From contig OX597827.1 of the NCBI GenBank assembly GCA_951406725.2, positions 83,638,001 through 83,702,000 of the forward strand: a DNA stretch of 64,000 nt. The letters run 5' to 3'. The notes under the pieces were generated by a model, which saw nothing but the letters and a program-made list of their open reading frames with translations, did not search any database and had not been told where the DNA came from. The DNA comes from Octopus vulgaris (Eukaryota). Below, one piece after another: positions 23,714-36,602 of the stretch. Positions within the stretch are counted from its first letter, which is position 1, and the number at the start of each line of letters is the position of its first letter. A program made the translations under genes and the position numbers.

Positions 23714-25414
23714 GTACATACAGAGATATAGACATACAAGTGTGAGTGTCAGAATAGTAAACCATTGAGTTGCATCACTTTGTGTGAAAAATGCCAATGA
23801 TTTGATTAGTAGACAAGGTCAAAGATTGAAGAATCAGGCAGATCCATCTTCAACCTGGTGCTCCAGTAAGGCCAGTCTAATGACTGAAACTAGTAAAAGA
23901 ATTTCTTTAAAAACACTCTTTTCCATATTTTAAAACCAAAACTCTGAGTACCAATTTAAATGATATCATTTAAATTCTTAAGATATCAGAACAATGTCTG
24001 AACTATTTTTCCTAAAATAAATATTTTTTAATCATTGGACTGGCCATGCTGGGGCAACACCTCTACAGTTTTTAAAGGATAACTATTTAATCCGGGATTA
24101 ACTGCTCATTATTATTATTATTTAATCTGGGATTAATTCTCTATTGGAAGGCTTTAATTTACTATTATGGTGTAACGGGATTAGCTCTACACCAAAATAA
24201 CAGAAGGTATTTTCGTTTCCCACACACTAATACAGCCATTAGTCACAACGAAGTATAGTTTGCTTATGTGAACCATTAAGTTACTGTTTCTCACATCATT
24301 GTAATGGTGACCAGGTGCTCTCTGTTTTTCCCATTGACTCAGTAGAGCATCAAGGAGAGAGAGAAAGGGCTACATGTGTACTGGGCAGCTGTGGCTCATT
24401 ACCAATAGCGTAGACTGGTCTTACATGGAATAATGTGCCTTGCTCAAGGACACGAGCCAAGGATGAAATCTGAAAATTTATGACCTTGAATCCAACCACT
24501 GAAGAGAGCTTCAATACAGTTTCCCCACTTGCAAAGTATATTGGTCAACTGAAGGACATGGTGGAGGAGACTTCCCCAAAGTAGAATGAAATGCAGACTA
24601 ATGTGACAAAACTCTGGCAACACCCAGCCACACATGTCTGTCTCAGTGGAGTTTACCAATTGGGGCCATCTTGGCTCATTACCAACTTCAAGAGTTCTCT
24701 GAAGACTGTGTTCAACCGATACTTCCCAACACCCTGTATGTGTTAACGATGTGTCTTTAATGGATACACTAGCAAGAACGGACCCATCACCATCATTAGT
24801 TCCTTTCATGACATTAATGAAAGTGAGTGACCTGTTATAATATTAGAGACAGGCTGAGGAGGGGCATGTGGGGTCAGGCAGTTCATTTTGAGACCAAATA
24901 GTTTGGGTTTCTTCCCCACAACTTGGATGTTGTTTGCTGGTGTTTATTACAGCTGAGTTGACCAAGACCTTGGAAATGAGATTCGAAAGATGGAGACTAG
25001 AAGCCTGTTTTGTGTGTGTGTATGCATAACTAATTCTGTGTCCTGCCTGTCTTTATATCTGCTTATACACACACACACACACACATATTCAGGGTGTATA
25101 TATATATATATCTGTGCTGAATGTAAACAGTGTTGCTGTCCATACAGATTGTCCTCCATGAAGGAATGCCTATGCTGTTTGTCATTTGATAAACTGGGTG
25201 AAGCCTCAACCTTGCTCGGAAGCAGGTGAGGGTTGGCATCAGGAAGGGCAACTGGCTGTAGAAATTTCCATCTCAATGAAGTCTCATCTGATCCTTGCAT
25301 TGATGGAAAAGTAGAAGTGGAATGGATGATAATGATAACACTGATGCTTTACAGAGCTCTCATTCACCAACCAATCCATCCATGACTTTCCAACACAATC
25401 ACCAATTCATCTAT

Positions 25415-26534
25415 CATCATCATCGTTTAACGTCCGTTCTCCATGCTAGCAAGGGTTGGACGGTTCGACCGGGGATCTGGGAAGCCAGAAGGCTGCACCA
25501 GGTCTAAAGTTCGAAGGTCGTGCTTCACCACCTTGTCCCAGGTTTTCCTGGGTCTACCTCTTCCACGGGTTCCCTCAACTGCTAGGGATTGGCACTTTTC
25601 ACACACCTATCTTCATCCATTCTCCCCACATGACCATACCAGCGCAATTGCCTCTCTTGCACACCACAACTGATGCTTCTTAGGTCCAACATTTCTCTCA
25701 AGATACTTACACTCTGTCGAGTATGTACAGACATTACACATCCATCGGATCATACTGGCTTCATTCCTTGCAAGCTTACGCATATCCTCAGCAGTCACGG
25801 CCCATGTTTCACTGTCATGTAGCATGGCTGTTCGTACACATGCGTCATACAGTCTACCTGTTACTCTGAGCGAGAGGCCTTTAGTCACCAGCAGAAGTAA
25901 GAGCTCTCTGAACTTTGCCTAGGCTATTCTTACTCTAGCAGTTACACTTTCAGCACACCCACCCCCGCTACTGACTTGGTCACCTAGATAACGGAAGCCA
26001 TCAACTACTTCTAGTTTTTCCCCTTGGAAAGTGACGGAAGTTGTTTTCTGCAGATTTTCAGTGTTTATTGCTCCCGAGCATCTGCCACATACAAAAACTA
26101 GATTCCCAGTTAGCCTTCCCTTGACATTGCTGCACCTCTTATGTGTCCATAGCTTACACTGGGTACATCTTATAGAGTTTCTACCTATGCCTTTTCTACA
26201 GATCGAACAGAGCCATCTACCTGAAGGCATTGGTGGTTTGTCTACCTTCCTACTTATTAGGACTTTGGTTTTAGCTAGGTTGATTCTAAGGCCCCTCGAT
26301 TCTAAACCCTCCTTCCACACCTGAAACTTCTCCAGTTCTGATAGTGACTCAGCAATTAGAGCAAGGTCGTCAGCATAGAGGAGCTCCCAGGGGCATCCTG
26401 TCTTGAATTCCTCTGTAATTGCCTGGAGGACTATGATAAATAGGAGGGGGCTGAGGACTGAACCCTGGTGGACCCCAACCTCTACCTTGAATTCTTCAGT
26501 GTACACGTTGCCAACCCTAACCTTACTTACAGTG
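25415..26534 (-). mobile_element. RTE-clade LINE, RT domain and 3' end (5'-truncated)
   Basis: GVHQGSVLSPLLF, LLYADDL, GLRINLAKTK, a C-x2-C..H-x2-C zinc-finger-like insert, FRYLG; (GAT)n tail at about 25415. Confidence 0.93.
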
Positions 26535-26909
26535 TAGTTGCAATATTATAAATAAATTAATCAGAACTACCATTCACCACAGTTAAGTGTTAACATATTT
26601 AACACTATTAGAAATAATTTGTGACGAGAGAAAAACAGTTTGGAAACCAATATTTTAATTAGTTTGAACTGTAAGGGAGATAACTATGGACATATTTCAG
26701 TCTTATTAGACCATCTTAGTAAAAAAGCAACTTTCTACACTTGCTGAAATATTGATGAGAGAACTACTAATTAGAAATAATTAATAAGTTACATACCATA
26801 AATTGTACACAAGTATAGAGTAAATTTAACAGTTTCTAAAATATGTGCATTTTTTAATACTTATTGCTAAATAAGAAAAGCAAACCACAGCAATTATTGT
26901 TATTATTAC

Positions 26910-27089
26910 CTTTTAGCACCGGTGCAGACCATTTTGCCTGAACTAAAGATAAGAGCTGTCGTTCTTGGATCTCGTATTCGCATAATCACAGCAGCAAACC
27001 GTTTTGGGTTATACTCAGCATTTCTGGCATGTAATGCTATCTTTTTCAGGTCCAATTTACAACTGAGGTTCACTGTGCATACAATATTT
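26910..27089 (-). CDS. TBP: TBP coding exon 3 (180 nt)
   Basis: ttttcag|A then [61 protein letters not shown]|gtaat. Confidence 0.98.
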
Positions 27090-27221
27090 CTGAAAATATA
27101 CATAAAAACCCGTATACACAGTATACATACATATATATGTACACATACAAACCAATAAGAAATCAATGAAATAGAAAGGGACAACAATTCAATAACATCA
27201 TGAGCAAAACTGAAATTTGTA

Positions 27222-27258
<37 letters not shown>

Positions 27259-29034
27259 GTATCTAATTTTGGCACAATTTCAGTGAGAGGATTATTCGAT
27301 TACATTGACCCCAGTGTAGCACGGGTACTTATCAGCCCTGAAAGGATGAAAGGCAAAAATCAACCCTGGTAGCATTTGAACTTAGAGTGTAAAGTTGGAA
27401 GAAATGCCAAGTACAGTAACAATTCGGCCAACTCTTTATCTTAATAATAATAATAATAATAATAATGTAGAAATGTCAACAACAATTAATGATGCCATAG
27501 AAAATCAAAGAAAAAGTATTGTCTGCAGGAAATAATTTAAGAGGGTGGATGTGTGGTGGTCAAAATAAACCAAGTTATCATAAGCAGATGTATCAATTTC
27601 TGGAGCCTGCATTAGTGTCACTACATCCCCCACAAGAAAATCTTTTTCTTAATCGACAACCAGAAAACCAAAACATTCAATAACGTTTTTTTTTTTTATC
27701 ACATTTATCGAAGCCATTAGACATCAGACTTCCAATATAGTGGTTAGTCAAGCACTGCACTTAGTAGTGTTACTAGTTATGATATACAGAGCATACAGAG
27801 TGAAAATTAAGATAAACAACAGTAAAAGTGTTTCCTTCCTATGTACGGTTCACCATTGCAGTTATTATTCAGAACTCAACATTGGATGTTCCAAGTGCAT
27901 TGGGCTGTTTAACTGCAAGGCATCGTCAAGGAAACACTTTACAGCATTAGGTTACAGATGGATGTGCATATAGAGATCCTCATCACATGTATAGGTGGAA
28001 CAGCCACGTATGGAGAGTAATAGCCATAGCCAATAATTGGTGTTAAGCAGTATAATGACAAACTGCTACGAAGCAGCCAGAGAGGGATCGAATTACTGGA
28101 CTGGATTATGAGAGAGAGGAGAAATACTTGGGTAATGACAAGTTGCTGTTTCTGGATTGGGAGAAAGTGTTTAACAGGGGACCACCTTCAATGGTTACTG
28201 AGGAAAGTAGGGCTAGGGTTAATACTAACCTAAATGACTTGTGAGATCTGTACAAGTTATGTACAAGGATACATTAAGTGAGAGTCGACAAGGGTTTCGG
28301 TGATGGTGTGAAGGTAGGAGTTAATCAAGGTTCTGTCTTCAATCTTCTTCTATTCATCATATAGGCCATTGAAGAGGAGTTTAAGATTGGCTGTCCATGG
28401 GAACTTCTAGAGAGGAAACTCAAAGCATAAATGCTAAATTTAGAATTGGTTCATAATCTTGCAAGCTACATGGCAACCCCCTCTGGTGCTGGTAAAATGA
28501 AAAACAAAAAAAAATAACCCTCCATACACAGTTAACTGGTTAGTGTTAGGAAGGGCATCCAGTGGTAGAAGTAGACCCTGGAGCACAATGCAGTCCTTGG
28601 ACCATTTGGAGCCAGCACGGAATGTTGACTCATGATGGTCATCCTTTAATGTCTGCTTTCCATGGTGGCATGGGTTGGATGGTTTGAGAGGAGCTGGTCA
28701 GGCAGAGAGTGGTACCAGGCGCCAAGTGTTTGCTTTGGCAGGCTTTTCTATGGTTGGACAGTTTTCCTAATGCTAGCCACCTGTGACTGAGAGTACAATA
28801 TCCCACTCCACCCTTGAACACAAGCTGAGCATACCCACCTGTTGCTGCTTCAGACTTCACCCCCCTCCCCCAATGTTACCAGTACTCCTTCTAAGTGGAC
28901 TGGGGAAATGATGAAATGAAGTAGTCTCCTCAAGAACCTAAAGTGCCATCTGGTCTGGGAATGGATGCCTGTCCAATCAGTAGAGCAGGTGTGGTGAGAA
29001 GGTGAAGGTTATGACATGGAAGACAAGAACTCAC

Positions 29035-29207
29035 TGTAATTGAGGTGTTATGCCTGATCCTTCTGATGTTGGTGTAGCAGGAGTCATTGGTGTCATAGGG
29101 GCCCCAGTGGCCGATGTTGGCTGTGGGTAGACACTGGAATTAGATCCTGGCATCACTGGTGATGACCCAATCGAAGATAAATTAAAAGCAGGAGACACCA
29201 TCGGACT
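29035..29207 (-). CDS. TBP: TBP coding exon 2 (173 nt)
   Basis: cttttccag|SPMVSPAF...PMTPMTPATPTSEGSGITPQL CA|gtgagt; PxT repeats typical of the TBP N-terminus. Confidence 0.93.
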
Positions 29208-32200
29208 CTGGAAAAGAAACTCCATTGTTATTTGAGGATAGAAACAACATGACTGACTGTAGTAGTAGTAGTAGTAGTAGTAGAGGGATTTCAGGTGTAT
29301 TTTATGGGTGTGAATTGACAATGTTGGATGGTGGAAGTGAGAACCACAAAGGCCATGGCGTATGAAAGGAAATATTGAAGACAAAGGTTTTGTGTTTCAA
29401 AGACAGAAGAGGAGAATTAATGAAAGGATTAGGAAAGAAATTGTTGGGGAGACATCAATCTAGGACATGGTTCTCTCAATTGCCAACAGGAAGAAGAATG
29501 ATGTGATTTGGTTATGGTCATGGATGGACACACAGCCTGGAGAAAAGGACGAATGGGTGGACAGTGTGTATGTAGTTGTGGATCTATTGATGGAGGCAAG
29601 ACTGTCTTTGCTGTTGTGTACCTAGAATGTCTCCAGTGATGGGTAGAAATGGACCGATTAGACTGTTAGGAGTGAAACAGTGTTTAGTGATGTTCTAGCT
29701 GCTACTTCTAACAGACCAAGCAACTACATAGAGGCTCACCCATTCAGTGTTGTTGTTCACCCCAGGTTAAGTCTAATCAAGCAGACTTCTAATAAAAGGC
29801 ATTCCAGTGATGACCATCCCATCTGTTCAGGAGCATACAAGACTACATTATTCAATGCGTCCTGTCTTTACATAAGACTATAGGGTTTGATTTAAACGAG
29901 ATTAGGTTGCTATTTCTAGCATGTTAAGTGATGACATATGGGGTCCCTGGCTAACTTGAAATGTGAAAATATGGGCTTTGTAACAGGGGACACAAGTTAC
30001 AAGAGATTTCTATTGCAATAGGACAAGATTTAGGTGTAAATGGGGTGTGAAACAGTAGTTTGTACCACAAGAACAACAGGCCAATAATTATAGGAATATT
30101 TAATAGGACAAGTCTAAAGGAACATGCTATAGGATGAGACCTATAACTATAGATAAGTTGTATTTTTTATTGATTTGGTGTGAAGGAAGGGACAGTACCC
30201 ATGAGAGAAGAGTAGAGTGATGTTAACATTCCATGGGAACTGTTACAAGTCAATGGCTATGGAGAAAACACAGACAGGGAGGGGATTGCAAAGGGCCAAT
30301 ATTCTTTGAAAGATGGACTGGGATTATTGGCGAGTGTGTGGCCTGGTGGGCTGGGAACAGAAGGAACTATGAATTTGGAATGGCTAGTAGACATGGCTCC
30401 AAGGAGTAGAAGCCACTGAAGTAGTGGTAAAAAAAAGACAGAGAGAGAGAGGGGGACACATCGTATGTGAGGGGGTGGGGTCAGCGGTCAGAGTGTTTGT
30501 GAAGGACTTCATGCCAGTTGAGCATCGCTACAATATAGAAAATTAACAAATATTAAGAATTATGCTGTTGGTCTCCCAAATTCTTGGTCCTCTTCTCAAC
30601 CTTATTTTCGAGCTGAGGCCCCAGTCTACAACTTATCACAGTTGACAGGTTCAATTTTTGCCAGTCAGCAATTACAAAATGTTGCTGGAGTTGTAAAAAG
30701 GATTAATTAAAGACAGACTAATTAAATTAATGAATGTTTAGTAAATTTAAACATTGAAGTTCTTATATGAAATACCAACCATGGGGAGTGAGTTTTCTGG
30801 AAGACAACTATGTGACCGGCAGAAGTACTCATCACTTACTTGGACCCTCTCAAAAATAATTATGGGGTTTCTTGATCTCTGGTCAATCCTTTAATCTTTA
30901 TAACTATTACAACTTACAAACCAACGAGCGTACCTCTATAAGGATACTCAACTTGCTAGAAATAACACCTAAAATCTGTCTCCAACCATATTCTATATCT
31001 TAAAGATATCGCAGTGTAGTCCTAGATATATTATGTAGGAATAAAAGGCGGGGTGGTCACAGCTGGAACGTCTTTGAATATGGGTCTACCTACTAGACTT
31101 ATAAATATAAAACAGAACCGGAAGCGAAGAACTGTCTCCTTTGACCCTCTTGTCTGTCTGCTCGTGCCCTCATTTTTTGTCTCCATGTAGTGCTGCAGCG
31201 TGCTACACGTTCCAGGTATGACACACCCCACTAACTAGAAATAACAGCCAAAAATATCTCTTTCGAATTCCACCCTCCTGTCTTTATCAAACACGGAAGG
31301 ACACAACAGATATTGTAATGTGATATGAAATGTGTAATAAGACAGGATGGTCATATCTGGAACGCATTGGCTATAATTCTGTTTAATTAACAAGCACACC
31401 ACCAGCAACAGCTAAGAGGAAGTTTCTAACTGGTCGCGTGATCTACCAGAAATAGTAGCTAAATCTCAACTTACATGACGCCATCTTACAAATTGGAAGG
31501 TCACGTTGGATAATGTAGCCACAGATGGTATGGTCACAGAGGGAACGCCTTTGACCATAGGTCAACTAAATTAGGGTTGACTTGGGGCTAATCAACAGAC
31601 TTTCTTCATGAGACGGTGTCTTAGGTAGACAAACCGACCATCGTTGTTAATACATGTCTACACACACGTACATAGATTTATATATACATACATGTGTGTA
31701 TATATCGATAACATTGAATCAGTGTCAATGAGGCTGTTGTGACCCATGCTAGTAGAGGGGTCCCAGTACAATAAGAGTCCTATATCAGCGACCAATGCTT
31801 GCTGTAACAGAAATGTTGAGGGCTACACAAGTATTTTACATGAAGACATACTAAATGATTCTTTAGATTCTGGGTCCATGGACGAGTTATTAACACTGCA
31901 AACTGGCAACATTTTTCACCATTAAGCATTGGAGGCAGCGTGTTAACTAAAACTTGTATTTCCTTATAAACTAGACCCCTTCTCTGAGACCTCTCTCACA
32001 AAAGTGTGGAGGATAAATGATTATAGTTAAAAGACTCTTATATTAAAATAAATTTAACAACAATATAAAGCTATGTCGAATTGTAAAGGCAACAGAAGGG
32101 TGTAGAATGTGTTTAATATAAATGGTAAAAACAAAAGGGAATTTGTTTGTTTAAAGCTAATTACGACAAAGATGAATGTTTGATGATATTTCGGTGGGTA

Positions 32201-32275
32201 TCGAGGCCGTTGCCGGGTTTTAAGGTGTTGAAGTAAATAAATCGAACAGCTGAGAGAGGAAGAAATGGAGTTTAC

Positions 32276-32329
32276 CTGTAACTGAGGTGTGAGTCCCGTC
32301 GTGAAGTAGTGAGTATTTAATGGATCCAT
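32276..32329 (-). CDS. TBP: TBP coding exon 1 (54 nt)
   Basis: AAAAATGG start; MDPLNTHYFTTGLTPQLQ|gtaaac; phase 0 fits exon 2; total CDS 747 nt. Confidence 0.82.
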
Positions 32330-33410
32330 TTTTGGTGGTGGTCACGGCTGGATTTATAGTAGCTCAGAATGAGTGGAAGTCGGTTAGAGGAGGGGGGAAG
32401 GGTTTTTAGGGTTTGAAGAAACTGGAATTATTTGGAGGGAGAAATTGAAATAAGATTTCGGCGGTAAATTAGAGACTAAAAATGGAAGGAGGGCGGAGTG
32501 TGAGGCTGTGGGAGGGTGAATGGTTATGTACAGTGGCCCATGGTGGGATCAGAGTGTCAGTAGGGGTGGTCACTAATGGAAGGTCGCTGGAAATAAAAAA
32601 TAATTGAAGGAAAACGACAGGAAGGACTTCATTGTTTGAGGGTCACACGTGCTGCATTCTGGGTAAAAGCGACATAACTGTTCTCCTTTCACTGAAGAGT
32701 TCCAATAATTGTCGCTCTTCTGTCGACTTGATGGTGGGGGGGAGGGGTGTAGCAGCCTATACAACCCGTGGTGTGCTTACCCGCTAGAAATAACAATAAA
32801 GTCTCCCTCAAATCACAGCCCAACCGTCTTTCGCGAAGAAGAATTCAGACAACGTTGTTTCTCATATACAAACGGTCATGACTGGAAGGTCTTAACCATA
32901 GCACTTACAAGTCAATACCGTGTTTGTGTGTAGGCTTGGATATGAGCATCTCCGTCACACAAGTGAAGTTGTTTGTTTCCAACCTTCCGTGGAAAGCATG
33001 TCTAGCCATGGGAAACAGGAGGGGTATCCAAACGGTAGATAATCTGCGTCAACTGATTCCGTCAAAAGTGGACATTGACGATCATCTCATTAGAGTTATC
33101 TCCCCCTCGATTTTAGATTTTTAAATCTCCTGCGGGAGTTTATGCGTACTTATTGCAACGATAATCGCAGTAAATGGAATTTTTTCATGTCATATTACAT
33201 ATATAAGAGTTTTACCATATTTGCATTAAGAATGCAGAGCTTGTCTGCCTTTAAATTCCAAGTTCAAATTCCGCTATGGTCGATTTTATCTTTCATCCTT
33301 TCTGGGTCGATAAGATAAGTACCACCAGCACTGGAGTCGATGTATTCGACTCATACCCTCCCCGGAAACTGCTGGCCTTGTGCCAAAATTTGAAACTATT
33401 ATTATTATTA

Positions 33411-36358
33411 TTTGTTTGACTTTTGCTTTGTATTTGTACAAGTTGACTCCAAGGTTCAACCAGAGACCTCAAGAGACAACAAGTTAGAAGTTCATGTTGG
33501 TGTTATGTCTAGAGTGACATTTGGTTTTGCACATAGTATAATTCTAGAGAATGTTTAAGAGACCATAAGAAAATTATGTGTTTGTTTTAAAGTTTGAGAT
33601 TATATAGACAGTATTTTATGTAGGATATAGGGAGTTCCCATGAGCCCTATCTTTTGAATTTATGCCATTTTGGGGTTTCCTGGTATCTGAGCTAGGTAGC
33701 AATCAGCCCCTTTTGCTATCATTCCTAGAGCACATATGACAAGTATTGTTTTAGTCTTCAGGTTCCACATTTTGCCAATTTCTATTTCAAGATCTTTATA
33801 CTTGCTCAGTTTTTGGTAGGTCTTGACAGATACGTTTATGTTGATTGGGACAGTCATATCAATGAGGAGGCATGGTTTTTGTCTGAAGTCTTTCAACATA
33901 ATGCCTGGGCTATCTGCATGTATCTTTCTGTCAGTTCCAGAGGAGTGAGATGTGATCATTTTCAAGCACTGGAGTTGGTTTGTGTTCCCACCAGTGTTTA
34001 ACATGGGGCAGGTCCAGGCTTTTGCAAATTACCCAGTGAACATATTCAGCTGCTCTATCATGCCTGTTGAGATACTCTGTAGGCGCAAGAAGACTGCCAA
34101 TGGAGACAACATGATCAATGGATTCATTTTGCTGTTTACATACACAACATGTTGGGAAGCTGCCGTTCTTTAATATATTGGCCTGGTTGTCCTTTGTAGG
34201 TCCTTTGTCTTGGGCTGCTATGATAAACCCTTCTGTTTCTGATTTTAAGCCAGAAGACACTAACTATAGATGGGTCAGGGCTTTGTCAACATCGGCATTA
34301 TTAGCTCTCTTTGGGTATTTGTCATTGAGAGGTTTTCCTTGCCATTTATCAGTAAGAATATCTAAAGTAGCAGTTTTAGCATGGGTTTTCATACGCTTAG
34401 CTTTTTCTGTACTTGTTTCTAGTACGTCTAATTCTGGAATTTGTTGTATCTGGAATTCACTTAGATATTCCTCTGCCTGTTGTGTTACTGAGTAAGATGC
34501 TTTCTTGTTTCCAGGCATTGAGACAAGTTTTAACATCCAGTCCCCAGAGTTTTTCAGGTAGGTGTCTAGGTCAACTGTGGCAACCTCCATTGTAAATTAC
34601 AGTTGTAAAAGTACACGACCACCCTCTTTTCTCGGCAGGTAAAATCGTTCTATATCTGCCTTAGGGTGGTGCATTCTATGCATTGTCAACAGTTTTCGTA
34701 TTTTTCTGTCAAGATTACATATTTCAGTAATTGACCAGTTAATGATATTGAAACTGTAAGTCACGATCGGTATGGCTAAAGTATTGATCACTTCGATCCT
34801 GTTTCTTGCATTCAACTCTGTTTTAAGTATTGCTCTTACCCTGCGATAACATTCTCTTCTGATCCTTTCCCTCATCACTGAATGTTTGATACCGTCCCCT
34901 TCAAATACCCCTAGGTATTTGTAGCTCCCCGCTGGTTCTAATTCCTTTATGACATGCTGCTGGTTAAGATTAACATTAGATGTTTCTGTCATTTTTCCTT
35001 TGATAAAGGTAGCTTTTGCACATTTATTGAGGCCAAATTGCATCCTGATGTCATCACTGAATTGTTTAACAATCACTAATAAGCCCTTGAGTTGTTGGTC
35101 CTCTTTTGCAAAGAGCTTTAATTCATTCATGTAAATGAGATGATTTATATTTTTATTAAACATTTTATAGCCATATTGTACATCATTGAGCAATTTCAAG
35201 TGAGGTATTAAGGCTAGACAAAAGAGGAATGGTGACAGAGAGAGTCACCCTGGAAAATGCCACATGAAATTCTTACATCTCCAGCATTAAGAGATTCATT
35301 GTCACTGCTCAAAGTTAGTGTGGTTCTCCATGATCTCATACTTACAGACAAAACGTTTCACAGAGTAGGTGCTATTTTATACATTTCCAGACATTTCTTA
35401 TTCCTGCCATGTTGTAGACTATCAAAAGCCTTTTTATAGTCTATCCAGGCTATCGACAAAATTTTGTATCATTTGTGACAATCTTCCAAGATTATCTTAT
35501 TGATGAGTAGTTGGTCTTTACAACCACAGGATCCACATTTACATCCTTTTTGCTCATAAGGGAATATGCCACTTTCTATTAAAAAACCATTGATATATTC
35601 AGTCAAGACAGATGTTAGTATTTTATACATTGTTGTTAAGCAGGTTTTTGGTTCATTTGTTTCTTCATCTTTCAGAAATAGGAATGTAACACCATTAACT
35701 AGTCAAGAGAGAATCATACTAAGTTGTTGCAAAAGTTGTAAAGTTCTGTTATCAGTTCATGGCTCTCTGGGAACGCATTCAACCAGAAGTTAGGAATTTT
35801 ATCCTTTCCTGGAGATTTCCATTTGCTTGACTTCCTGAGAGCAGATCTTACATCCTCTACCTTGATACCCTCCTATTTTTGCTCTGTATATATTCCATCA
35901 ATCCAAGGGGCCTTTTCATTGTGCATTTTTTGCTTCTGCCCAAATTTTATTCCAAAATCCCTGCACTTCTTCTTTTGATGGGACAGACTTTACTGTAACT
36001 GGTATTTTCCTTATCTTCCTGTGAAAAGATTTTGATCTACTTTTGAACATGTTGTTGTCCTTGAAGAATCTGACGTGCTTTTCATACGTGGGCAGCTTTA
36101 GCACATACCTTTTGCTTCATAGTTTCTATGGTGGTATCAATGTCAAGTATGGTTTTCATAGTATATTTTTTTCTTTAATTTTCGTGTTTTTGTTGGTTTG
36201 ATAGTCTTATCAAACTTAGGGTTTCTTAAACATTCTATGTCAGACCCAAGTAGCTGAATTTGGTGTTGAATATGCTCTTGCCAAGTAGGCTTTTGGGGGG
36301 AATGTTGCCGTTTTCTAATCTTTTTACCACACAGAATCATTGAGATTTTTGTGGATGC
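33411..36358 (-). mobile_element. R4/Dong-clade non-LTR retrotransposon, 5'-truncated pseudogene (RT + CCHC + RLE)
   Basis: INHLIYMNELKLFAK (YMDD decayed), MQFGLNKC, YKYLG, HPKADIERFYLPRKEGGR, GLKSETEGFIIAAQD, C..C..ESIDHV..EYLNRHD, LLIDMTVP..KLSKYKDL; (TAA)n at both ends. Confidence 0.92.
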
Positions 36359-36359
36359 A

Positions 36360-36390
<31 letters not shown>

Positions 36391-36392
<2 letters not shown>

Positions 36393-36602
36393 GGTGGCCA
36401 GCTGGCAGAATCATTATCCCCCTGGGCAAAATGTTTAGCAACCTTTCATTTGTCCTTATGTTCTGAGTTCAAATTCTGCTTTTCATCCTTTTGGGATCGA
36501 TAAAATATGTCCCAGTGAAACACCAGGGTTGATGTAATCAACTTATCCCCTGCTTTATGTCTATTGTAGAAAGGATTATTATTATTATTATTATTATTAT
36601 TA
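36391..36602 (+). mobile_element. tRNA-like SINE with (TTA)n tail; sister copy at about 33236-33410
   Basis: AAGGTGGCCAGCTGGCAGAA..GAGTTCAAATTC..GAAAGGATTATTATT. Confidence 0.75.

Noticed and set aside
30776-30796. Possible 21-nt in-frame TBP microexon (KTHSPWL)
   Set aside because: Weak donor (GTATTT) and no resemblance to TBP N-termini; not needed for the frame
31703-31710. DRE motif TATCGATA in TBP intron 1
   Set aside because: Embedded in AT dinucleotide repeat, likely chance
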